Below, one piece after another: positions 53,207 to 64,000 of a stretch of DNA of 64,000 nt (position 1 is its first letter; every line of letters starts with the position of its first letter). The position numbers and the translations under genes were made by a program. The DNA comes from Epithemia pelagica (Eukaryota > Protista > Bacillariophyta). Under the pieces are notes generated by a model that did not search any database, was not told where the DNA came from, and saw only the letters and a list, made by a program, of their open reading frames with translations. The DNA lies in NCBI GenBank assembly GCA_946965045.2, contig OX337228.1, positions 1,550,001 through 1,614,000 of the forward strand, read 5' to 3'.

Positions 53207-54148
53207 GGTGTTGATGGGAAAGGGTGTCCAATGACGAGACGACCGCCGCTGCACCAATTCTTCAGATCACGAAACAGAAGGAAAGATTCAAGTTCTCTTT
53301 CATTCACCAAGACACACAGACATAAGAGATCAAAGATGCATAAAGTAGATCAGATGGCACTATCAATGGAGGCAACCTCAACCTTCCACCCTTGTCTTGT
53401 CTTCTCTTTGTTGTATGGATGTTCCAAAATAGGTGCACACACGCATCACCAGCATCAACTTGCCTCCATTGTATTGGTTACTACATTGGTTACGAATACA
53501 GAGATGCTTGCGTTTGGATGCTCCGGCATGTTCCCTGTCTGGCGCGCTGGCGTCTCATTCGTGTGATGGACGAACGCCTCGAACTCCGGAGCGGACGTAT
53601 CTGGCCAACAATCAACAGTTGAACATCAACATTTTCCCCATCGACCACTAGGGCGTAACCAGTGGGGGGACTTAGTGCTCACTTGCCAAACAACAACAAA
53701 AATCAGGAGAGACTGAAAGGGCAACGAAACACAACCGAGGACGAACGTTACTAGAAGACAAGAAGAAGAACACCCCATCGATTCCTTCGTCCTTCATCCT
53801 CATTCAGATCCACCGAGGGAAAAAGTGTGGTGTTTTGCCTTGCGAAAGAATCTCATTGTGCAAGAGGTAGAAGAAGCAAGCAGCAAGCAATTCACATCAA
53901 TCGAATCTAGAGGTTGCGGATCATACCGTAGTTTTGTTGCAACATACACACACGAGCATTGGTGGTGGATTGCTCGGTTTGGTTGTGGGTGTTTCTGTTT
54001 CTTGTTGTTGCGGCTCGCAAGCAGGAATACCTCGTAGTAGCCCAAAACCTGAATTGAGCAGTACTTTTGTACACAACCGACTTTCAAAGACGGACGAGGT
54101 GAAACAAGAGACACATTGGTCCACCGCTTCTTCCCGAATCCTTTCATC

Positions 54149-57100
54149 ATGTCGGACTTTACAAGTTTAACCAATCGTTTGTGGGATGGTCAAGAATTTG
54201 ATGTGTCCGTCTTGGATCAAATCGTCACGGCTGCGTACGATCCCATCAATCCCAATCGATCGGCGGCCAATCAGTTTTTGATGCAATTGCAAGAGGCACC
54301 GGAATTGTGGCGACAGGCCGACTCCATTATTGAAAAGGCCACCAATCCGCAAGCACGCTTCTTTGGCCTTCAAGTCTTGGACGATGCCATTCGCATGCGA
54401 TGGAAAATATTACCCGCGGATCAAAAGGAGGGGATCAAAAACTTTGTGGTGGGGAAAATCATTCACATGTCACAGGAAGAGGCTACCCTGACGCGCGAAA
54501 AGGTCTTGATTGGAAAATTAAACCTCACATTGGTGGAAATTCTCAAAAAGGAATGGCCGCACAATTGGCCGAGCTTTATAAGCGATTTGGTTGGCAGCTC
54601 CAGAACGTCGGAAATTTTGTGTGAAAATAACATGCAAATATTAAAGCTCTTATCGGAAGAAGTCTTTGATTTCTCACGCGATCAAATGGTAACAGAAAAG
54701 GTGAAACAAATGAAGGAATCCTTGAATGGAGAATTTTCGCAAATTTATCAATTATGTGAATTTGTTTTGGAACATTCGCAACGACCGTCCTTGTTACGGG
54801 TCACCTTGCAAACCTTGCAACGATTCTTGACGTGGATCCCTTTGGGATATATCTTTCGAACCAGTTTGATTGAAAAGCTGGTCAATAAATTCTTTCCCAG
54901 TCCAATTTTTCGGAATGAAGCCTTGGAATGCTTGACAGAAATCGGGTGTTTGCAAGATTTGGAACCGCAATACGATCCTTTGTTTCGGGAGTTGTTCTCC
55001 ACCTTTTTGACCCGACTGGCCGATGTCTTTGGACCGGAAACGGATTTACAACCCGCATTCGAGAATGGGAGCGAACAAGATCGATACTTTATTCAAAAAC
55101 TGGCCCTCTTTCTATCTGGATTTTTCAAGGCACATTTCAGAGTCTTGGAGGTACCGGAAACGCATCAGGCCTTGATTACGGGTTTGTTTTATATGGTCCG
55201 CGTATCCGAAGTCAAGGAGACGGAAATTTTTCGAATTTGTTTGGAAGCCTGGTTCATGCTGGCGGAAGACTTGTACAAGTCCGATTTTGGCAATCATGGC
55301 AGTGTTACCAATGGATCCGGCTTGAAACTGGGCATGAATGGAGGACAACCGCAATCACGCAAATTCTTGTATTCGCCCGTTTTGAATGGAGTACGGCAAG
55401 TCATGATTGCCAACATGGCCAAGCCGGAAGAAGTCTTAATTGTGGAAGATGAGAATGGGGACATTGTCCGAGAAACCACCAAAGATACCGATGTGATTGC
55501 ACAATACAAAACCATGCGTGATACTCTTGTCTACTTGACCCATTTGAATTGTGAAGATACCGAAAGTATCATGTTGGCCAAACTCACTGAGCAAGTAGAA
55601 GGAACAGCCTGGAGTTGGAACAACTTAAACACCTTGTGCTGGGCGATTGGCAGTATTTCTGGCGCCATGGCCGAAGACGAAGAGAAGCGGTTTTTGGTTA
55701 CGGTGATCAAGGATCTATTGGGGCTCTGCGAACAAAAACGGGGAAAAGACAACAAGGCTGTTGTGGCATCCAATATCATGTACGTGGTGGGACAGTATCC
55801 GCGATTCTTGAAAGCTCATTGGAAATTCCTTAAAACAGTCGTCAACAAACTCTTTGAGTTTATGCATGAATCCCATCCCGGTGTCCAAGATATGGCCTGC
55901 GATACATTTTTGAAGATTGCCGGGAAATGCAAACGAAAATTTGTCACGATACAAGCCGAAGAAACGGCACCTTTCCTATGTGAATTGGTAGAAATGCTAC
56001 CCAGTGTCATTTCGGACCTGGAACCTCATCAAGTACAGGCCTTTTACGAAGCGGCCGGTGTCATGCTCAGTGACAAGGGACCGTCTGTGGCCGTGGATCG
56101 GAGAGCACTTTTGGGGAAACTCATGGAATTGCCCAATCGAACGTGGAGAATTATCATGGAACAGGCTGGCCGGAACGTGGAATCCCTCGTGGAACCAAAC
56201 ACCATGAAGGAAATTGTTAAAATTCTCAAAACCAACAATCGAGTATGCGGAGCGGTTGGTTCCCTCTTTATGCATCAACTCCAATCCTTCTTCTTGGATA
56301 TGCTTAATGTCTACAAGGTATATTCCGAACGCATCGCCTCGGCCGTGGCACAACATGGGGCAGTAGCCACACAACACTCCTTGGTTCGAATGATGCGGAG
56401 TGCCAAGAAGGAAATTTTGCGATTGTTGATTGTCTTTATTGAAAGCAGCGGTCCACCCGAAGCGGAACCAAGGGCCGTGGCACAAGGATTCATCCCACCC
56501 GTATTAGATCCCATTTTGGGAGACTACAAACGGGGCATTCCGGGGAGTCGCGATCCCGAAGTCTTGAGATTGTTTGCCACAGTGGTGGAGCACTTAAAGA
56601 CAAACGTGTTGGACGATGTCGCACGTATTATGGATGCAGTGTTTGAAGTGACATTGGATATGATTACGAAAAACTTTGAAGATTTCCCCGAACATCGTAT
56701 TCAATTCTTTGAATTTTTGCGAGCCGTCAATAAGCATTGCTTCCCCGCTCTCTTTACCATACCGGCAGAGCACCAAAAACTAGTCGTGCATTCCATTGTT
56801 TGGGCCATGAAACACACGGAACGAAACATTGCCGACACGGTACGTTGCGGTGGAGACTCGACCAATTGAGTAAATTTCTCTCCAGTGTTCTCATTTAACG
56901 TTGTTTTGTGCTTCTCGTTTACAGGGATTAGAGATTTTACACGAGTTATTGCTCAACGTTGAACGCTCACCTAATGTGGCACAAACATTCTACCAACAAT
57001 ACCTCCTTTCCCTTATTCAGGATGTTTTTGCGGTCATGACAGACCGTCTACACAAATCAGGGTTCCGGATGCACGCCACTCTACTGCGCTCCATGTTTCA

Positions 57101-57464
57101 CATGGTCCAAAACAACCAAGTGACTGTTCCCCTTTTCGACCCCGCTTCTCAAGCGGCTGGTACAACCAATCAAGCTTTTCTGCGTGAGCACATATCTGGT
57201 CTATTAGTACAAAGCTTCCGTAATTTGTCGAGACCTCAAGTATCGAAGTTTGTGGAAGGGATGTTCGACACAAGAATGGACTTGGCAACTTTCAAGACAC
57301 ATTTGCGAGATTTCTTGATTGAATTGAAAGAGTTCAGTGCCGAAGACAATTCCGCCTTGTTTGTAGAAGAACAAGAAAAGGCGGCTAGAGAACGCGAACA
57401 AGCAATAAGAGCACAGCGAAGCGCCGTTCCAGGGATGTTGAAACCCTCAGAAGTCGAACATTGA
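54149..57464 (+). CDS. XPO1: Exportin-1 (CRM1), 2 exons
   Basis: Intron 56840-56924. [79 protein letters not shown]. Confidence 0.97.
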
Positions 57465-57896
57465 TGACGATGATCATCAATAGTAATGATAGTAGAGCAC
57501 ATGGTAGATTGGCGCGTTTATGTTGCTTTTCGTGCTACTTCCATTCGAGGCATAAAGTGCCAGAAGTGAAATGACCGCGTCCTTTGTATAAATGCAAACG
57601 TGAAGCGACACAGCAAGCTCTCCCCCACGACGGGGTCTCGAACTGGTGGTCAACCGGGATTTCTCTTTAGATATTTGATTCGAAGCCCGAACGTTCTAAA
57701 TAAAGATTATTTCCCTAAACAAGATATCAACTCCAGTTTCTCTGACAGTCATGGAGGTCAAGAGGGCCTCTCATTTTTTAGCATTGAGATGGTCCCGTCG
57801 CTAATCGCTGTGCCAGAAAGCATCTCTGGTCACGCCCCTCAGGGAAAACTAAATACAAACTAACAACATTGTGGGGACATACGACCCACATCAATC

Positions 57897-60366
57897 TTAA
57901 TCTTCGGTAACAATCTCAGCATCCTTGATGCCTCCTTCGTCGTCGACTGCAGCCGATGCTTGGTCGTCCATGAGACCAATAACTCGTTTGGCAAAACCTC
58001 GTAAATCCGAAACATCGTAACCACTGGTCATTGCCGCCACATCGTACATCAATAAGGCAGTATCTTCCAACTCGGGAGATTCCTTGTCAGCCTCATCTCG
58101 AACACGACGATCCAAATCCTTCACAATGGCATGATTGGGATTTATCTCCAAAATGGCCTTGTTCATGCCTAGATCGGCATTGCTACCAGTGGCCACTGCT
58201 TGAGCGCGCATATAACGCTGCATGGTAGGACTCATCCCGTACGCTCCTTGCACCAAAACAGCGGGTGAACTGGTGAGATCGCTCGACACGATCACCTTTT
58301 CAACCTTGCCTCGTAACAAGGGCTCCAAATAGTCCACGAGTGGCTTGTATTGAGCTTGCAATTCTTCCTTCTTCTTTTTCTTGGCTTCCTCTGATTCGGG
58401 GTCAGTTTCATCCGAGTCACTATCCAGTTTCAAGTTTTCCTTGGCTGCATTCACCAAATCCAATTCTTTGTAGCTTCGTAAACTCTCCATCATGATTTCA
58501 TCCAATGGCTCGGTACAGAACAATACTTCGAAACCCTTGCCCTTCAGTTTTTCTAAAACTGGATTCATCGACACCGATTCCAAACCATCACCTGTCAGGT
58601 AATAGATTGCCTTTTGCTTCTCCGGCATGTTTGCCACATACTCGTCCAAAGATGTATACTCATCATCCGATTTACTGGAGAAAAATCGCAAAAGAGGGGC
58701 AATGTCTTTGCGATTGACATCGTCTTCAATGGCCCCAACTTTGAGGTACTTTCCAAAATTCACCCAGAACCGTTTGTTGTACATGTTCGCCTTGTCCTCT
58801 TTCTCCTCAGCGTCTTCTTCTGTTTCGTCGTCGTCATCGTCTTGTTCGGCAATGTCTCGAATCATATCCAACGACTTGCGCACCAATCGTTTGTTGATAA
58901 TGGACAAGACTTTGGATTTTTGCAAAATTTCTCGACTCACATTGAGCGGCAAATCATTACTATCCACCACACCTCGCACAAATTTCAACCATCGAGGCAT
59001 CAGATCTTCAAACTGGTCATTGATAAAGACTCGTTTGACGTACAATCGCAAATTACGACTGTTGTCATCAAACATATCACGAGATAGTTCAAAGGGCAGC
59101 ATACCTGGAATGTACAACAAGGCCTTACATTCCACTTGTCCCTCCAAGACAAAATGTGTCCATTTCATTGGTGTGTCGTACGACGATCGGAAGGCAGATT
59201 TGTAAAAGTCTTCATATTCCGTGTCGGTCACCTCTTTGGGTGGACGCAGCCACAATGGCTTGTTGCTATTGATCAATTCATAGGCTTGCGTAGTTTCAGG
59301 TGCAGTCTTGGTTTTGGGTTCTTCCCCCTCAGGCAAGTCCTTGTTGGCTTCGTCGTCTGGTACTTGGACGTATTCAGTCTTTTCCTTCCACAAGTTGATG
59401 GGGAATTCAATGTATTCGGAATAACGATTCAACAAGTCTTCCAAGGTACTTGTTTCCAAATACTCGGCGGCATCATCTTTAAGATGCAGAATCAACCGTG
59501 TCCCCGAACCTCCGCCAAACAAATTTTCGTCATTTTCATCATCCTTTAGTTCTTCAATAGTATAGGACGACCCACCAACATCAGCGCAAGTCCATCGATA
59601 GGGTTTTGAATCTGGTTGCATTGACTTGGTCACGACTTGTACCTTATCAGCCACCAAATAGGCCGAATAAAAACCCACACCAAATTGTCCAATCAAATTC
59701 ACATCGGCTGTCCCTTCTCCAAGAGCTTGAACAAAGGCTCGAGTTCCACTCTGTGCAATGCGACCCAAGTTATTTACCAATTCGTCCTTGGTCATCCCTA
59801 CACCCGTATCTTCAATAATCAAGGTGTTCTCTTCCATATTGCTCTGGATGCGAATTTGGGGTAAAGCCTCACCCTCATTGCTGTCCGACGTGAGACTCAA
59901 GAATCGTTTCTTGTCACAGGCATCGGCCGCATTTGAGACCAATTCACGCAAAAAGATATCCTTGTCGGAGTACAAGGAATTGATAATCAAATCCATGACA
60001 CGTCCCACATCACTCTGCAGTGTTCACAAACCAAACCAAAAATAAGCGCACATCAGAATGGAACTATGAACTGGGCCACAGCATTATGAGAGAGTCCTCG
60101 CTACGTACCGTAAAGGTATAGGATTCGCTGCTTGCCACTTCCGTCGCTTCGTCGTCGGTGGTGGAAAACAGACCAAATTTCCTTCTCTTGTTCTTGTGCG
60201 GCGAATTCGCTACACAGGCGGCAGTGGTCGGAATACGATAGGCTGCATCGTGACGGAGACTGTCCGAACGACAGCGACGTGCCGTCATGGGTACAAAAGC
60301 CGTAGTCAAAGAGGCCGACGACGATACTGCGACGGCTGCCGCAACCGCTGACCATGTAAACTTCAT
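57897..60366 (-). CDS. HSP90: Plastid-targeted HSP90 (HSP90C-like), 2 exons
   Basis: Exon 1 60366-60109: signal peptide + TTA-FVP (ASAFAP-like) transit start. Exon 2 from 60014: SLYSDKDIFLRELVSNA, IGQFGVGFYS, LYVKRVFI, GVVDSNDLPLNVSREILQ, LEINPNH. Confidence 0.95.
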
Positions 60367-60684
60367 CTCAAAATAATATTACGAGTGCAATAGAAGGAGG
60401 GAATGAAATGATGATGGAGATGCAGCAGCAGTAAGGGTATACCCGACGACAGGCGCTATTTGTTTTCTATATGTTTTCTCCAAAGATCCAATCCATCGAA
60501 AGATGGATGGATGGATATGGGAATCTGTCTCAAACCCACACCCAACACCGCCACGTGGAAAATGTCTTTTTGCTGGCACCCCACAGGAGAGCTATGGTGG
60601 ATGGGAAGAAGCTAGCGCCCTCTAGTAGCTCTGTACCTAGCCAGAGAGTACTCCGCCAACTCTTCTACCAATGACCAATAGACA

Positions 60685-60716
60685 AAAAAGAGGTGATCTT
60701 AAAAAGAGGTGATCTT
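60685..60716. repeat. 16-bp tandem duplication AAAAAGAGGTGATCTT x2
   Basis: 60685-60700 is identical to 60701-60716; intergenic, upstream of HSP90, just after two CCAAT motifs (60668-60678). Confidence 0.9.
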
Positions 60717-61713
60717 CAACCGAAATAGGAAGACAATTAACGTAGATCTAGACCCAATTACCACATCATAGGATAACATTGGCAACGGACTAGGTAGGTA
60801 GAATTAGAATGGCAAAGGATGACTCATCACGGGGAGTACGGGGTGTAATAGAGACACATCACAAGACGGCCTGCCAATTGTCAATGGTCAATGCCATCGA
60901 ACAAGATTCATTCATGTGAATCATGAATCTCTTGTTCTTGCGTTTTCGTCGGAGGCTTCATCTTCATCTCCGTCGGCTTTTCGCACCTTATACCGAAATT
61001 ACGGCAGCACTCCAAGCTTAGAGGTATGAGAAGTACCTAGCTACTAGGCTACCTCTAAAGATAGCAGTCGCCAACAACCACGCCATGCGACTGCTACCTC
61101 TCTAGCTAGGTTTACTACCTACTCCTACGAGTACCTACCCATAACTATTACTCCTACTACTCCTACTACTTTTGTATCCGTGTATATGTCGTATTCGTAT
61201 CCATCGTATCCGAAGAATCTTTTTATGATCAACCGTTAACGTTAACGAGCTTCCTATTAGGCTAAAATACCAAGACCAAATAATGAATGATGTATCATCC
61301 CAAAGTTTATAGGACAGCACGTCCACCGTGTAGAACTAGTACATAAGCCACGTATGTAGGGTGTAGTACTAGGTATAAGTAGAAAAGAAAAGAAGGAATC
61401 TTAGTCTTATTCCCGTAATGTGGAGAGGGCAGAAACGAGAGGTTGTGCCGCTCTTGCCTCTTGTGACTTGGCATGAAGAATGAAGAATAAAAAATGAAGA
61501 CCTTGTCTCCTCGAGACAAGGGCGCTTCCCTGGTCTTCGTCATCTCATTATTAGGGGCGACACCGGGGCTCTGAGTGTCCAACTGTGTTTGTCGTCTAGG
61601 CGAGAGCAGTAGTGCTGTCAACAGTGGCAGCAGGCATCATAGGTTATCATTGGTTTTGTTTTGTTGTCTTGTCTGGTCGTCTTCTGTAGTTGTGTTGTTG
61701 CTCCACTTTGGCA

Positions 61714-62229
61714 TCAATCAATTGTTGGATTGTTGCGTTTGGACAAGGAGTTGTTGATTGTTGCATTGGTTCTCTGGAGTGTTTCCGGCTCATCCATGTA
61801 GTTGATTGTTGTTGTCGTCTTCATCAGGTTGTTGTTTTGGCTCTGGTGGGAAAGCTGGGGAAATAAGCCTAAGAGCCAAGGGCACATTGCATCTCTTTTT
61901 CTCAATGCTGCTGCAGTTGATTGTTGTTTTGGACATTGTCTTGTACGTTCGGTGGAGCTGATTGTTGCGCTCGTTGTCATTGTCGCTGCCATTGTCTCGT
62001 ATGGGGAGTTGATGTTTCTGCTTAAAGAAGAAGCTTCCATCGACCAACATCCATCATGGTGGTCCATTGGGATCCATTCGATTGTCTTGGTGGTTCCTTC
62101 TCTGCGGTTGTTGCAATTGGTGGTTGGGTCAGAACATTCCAGTTGATTGCCGCATGTCATTGTCGTGGCTCCATGAATCGTAATGCCAGCAGTAACCATG
62201 CCCTCTCTCTTCCACTTGATGGCCAGCAT
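61714..62229 (-). CDS. Possible short or degenerate hypothetical protein
   Basis: 171-aa Thr/Asn-rich ORF; the frame continues upstream past a TAG. No family recognised. Confidence 0.25.
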   Translation of the reverse strand: MLAIKWKREGMVTAGITIHGATTMTCGNQLECSDPTTNCNNRREGTTKTIEWIPMDHHDGCWSMEASSLSRNINSPYETMAATMTTSATISSTERTRQCPKQQSTAAALRKRDAMCPWLLGLFPQLSHQSQNNNLMKTTTTINYMDEPETLQRTNATINNSLSKRNNPTID

Positions 62230-63434
62230 CTCGTCCTCATTGAACTCTCCTCTGCACTAGCATCTTGATGTAAGCGAAGGCTTTTCCAAAAGCACCTGTG
62301 GGTCCTTGTCGTTGCGGTTTCTCGTCCTATGACAAGTACTCCCTCATGGGTATGTCCAGTGAAGCGTGATGCGAGGGTTTGTGAAATTCCCTTCTGCTAC
62401 ATACAGCGCTGTCGTGACCCGGACAAGTGTCCAACAAACTGTTGAGTAAAACTGGTCACTTCTTGTGCTCGTAGGCTATGGTACAGCGATCCTGTGCTGT
62501 GGCGCTAGGTTAGGTACTGATCATCAATATTTCTAGGACTTCTTTCTGTCCGGTAATTTTTTCCGATATCCTTAAGTTTGTCCTATAAATTAGGGATTAC
62601 GTGGCTTTTCTTCTCTGACGTCTTTCTCGTTTTCGTGTTTCTGATTATGTTGTATACTGTTTATTTCATACTCGTACAGAGACGGACGGACAACCGAGAA
62701 TGAATGACGGATGAAGAGCAGGCAACTCCAAGAAGCCAACCGAAGCGCGGAATCATTCTGATTGGTGCGATTGACTCCGACTAGGATTTTTTGTCTCGTC
62801 TCTCCCTCCTCAATCGCACGCACGTGCCGCAATGCGCGCACGGTGATGGTGATCCCATACAAGACTGGATCATCCCCCATATTCTCTGAATTTCGCGCGC
62901 GTAACCAGCTTCCAACGACCACAACTTTTTCGGGCATCACCCACACTTACGCATCCAAAATCCAAACAACGCCATGGACTAAACTAAAAAGATATCAGAG
63001 ATTTCTCTTGACAAGTGACGCATCAAGGAGAAACTTTTCTCCATACTGTTTGATGTACCATGTGGCAATGATGAGTGATGCGCCTTCCGAAGAGAAAAGA
63101 GAACGTAGGGTGCGCGGCCACATACGGATTGTGCGATAGATATGATAATGTCAGTATTCTCGATTTCCCTTCCCTCCGAAAACATGAGTAATGAACACAC
63201 ATAAATCCAAATAGAAATTTTCTCCAGACAATGCTTAGGCTATCAGGCAAAGATTGGATAAGGATAATGCAATCAAGGTGATCGTCTTAGTATAGGGCAA
63301 GCAGTTAAATAAGTGTCGCAATAGTTGGGCGGGATGCGGCAACGATTGGAAGAATATGGTGTGGTAGGTCTACAAGAAGAAGGAAGTTCCAGGTTGGACA
63401 CATCAATAAGAGTTCATCGACAAAAGGCTTCCTG

Positions 63435-64000
63435 CTATGTGGATGGTTCTTCGTGACATGTTCGGCTGCGTTTGCGCCTGGAACTGTATTCGTCATAAGA
63501 ACTTGTCTGGATAGACTCATCCACCACACATACTGGAGAAGCTTTTCCGGTAGACCGATCGTCTTGGATTACTTCGTCTTCATCGTCCTCCAAAATCTCG
63601 GCCACAGACTTATTTGAGAACTGGAATTCGGATGGAAGCTCTTGACCTTCAAACATGACAGGACACAGCTCTTTGAGCATGTTCCTGGCTTCTCGTACTT
63701 CAGGGGCTTCGGGGAAAAGTCCGGTAACTTCAGCAACACGCTTGAGGAATGTAACTCTAGCATCGTAAGGAAATGGAACCGAATGATGAAGGACCTCAAT
63801 TGCACACAAAATGGAAGCATAGGCAATCATTGATGGCGGGCAAGTGAAAGCAAACTTGGATACACAAACAGAGAGCTCAGCCAAGTATCGTGATACTTCG
63901 TACAGCATTCTCTTGGTTCTTGTGTGCGACTTCAAGTCTCCGGCGATGGACCACATGGGAAGAAGCGAAAAATAATAGGCAATAAATCTCACGTTTGTAG
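63435..64000 (-). CDS. Cyclin, C-terminal cyclin fold (diatom-specific cyclin-like), N-terminus beyond the window
   Basis: PTNVRFIAYYF...YEVSRYLAELSVCVSKF...PPSMIAYASILCA, followed by an acidic PEST-like tail with SPVCV. Confidence 0.85.
   Translation of the reverse strand, partial: TNVRFIAYYFSLLPMWSIAGDLKSHTRTKRMLYEVSRYLAELSVCVSKFAFTCPPSMIAYASILCAIEVLHHSVPFPYDARVTFLKRVAEVTGLFPEAPEVREARNMLKELCPVMFEGQELPSEFQFSNKSVAEILEDDEDEVIQDDRSTGKASPVCVVDESIQTSSYDEYSSRRKRSRTCHEEPST

Noticed and set aside
60367-61000. Heat-shock element upstream of HSP90
   Set aside because: No convincing nGAAnnTTCn array; only two CCAAT words and a 16-bp duplication.
61501-61521. Perfect 9-bp hairpin CCTTGTCTC-ctc-GAGACAAGG
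   Set aside because: About one such stem is expected by chance in 64 kb and there is no supporting context.
62590-62600. TTAGGG as a telomeric seed
   Set aside because: Single copy only.

Overview
Gene-dense eukaryotic nuclear DNA, almost certainly a diatom (inference from short GT-AG introns, bipartite signal+transit presequences with Phe after the cleavage site, a diatom-type cyclin and a diatom-type RNase H-bearing LINE). About 22 protein-coding loci, many in tight head-to-head pairs: MutY, an ING-N/SGF29-Tudor fusion, a Crinkler/RHS-type NTPase-nuclease, SCI1-like, GDP-sugar transporter, poly(A) polymerase, CIA30/NDUFAF1, an FGxF-array (aftiphilin/synergin-like) protein, an MBL-fold protein, NF-YB, saccharopine-dehydrogenase-like, NBAS/Sec39, mitochondrial Rieske, alpha-carbonic anhydrase-like, BTB protein, exportin-1, plastid HSP90, a cyclin, and several unknowns. 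There are two disturbed blocks. (i) 3.4-11.4 kb: a P-loop NTPase + restriction-endonuclease-fold cassette lies between two genes truncated at its edges, next to a 5'-truncated LINE with an exact 18-bp target-site duplication and an oligo(T) rather than poly(A) tail. (ii) 46.9-49.5 kb: a UvrD helicase fragment not in the ORF track and a disrupted PD-(D/E)XK-like gene. MutY is also absent from the ORF track, which shows only its antisense shadow; it appears to lack the 4Fe-4S motif and carries an inserted PIP box. No rRNA, tRNA or CRISPR array was seen. All family assignments come from motif recognition by eye; no searches were run.
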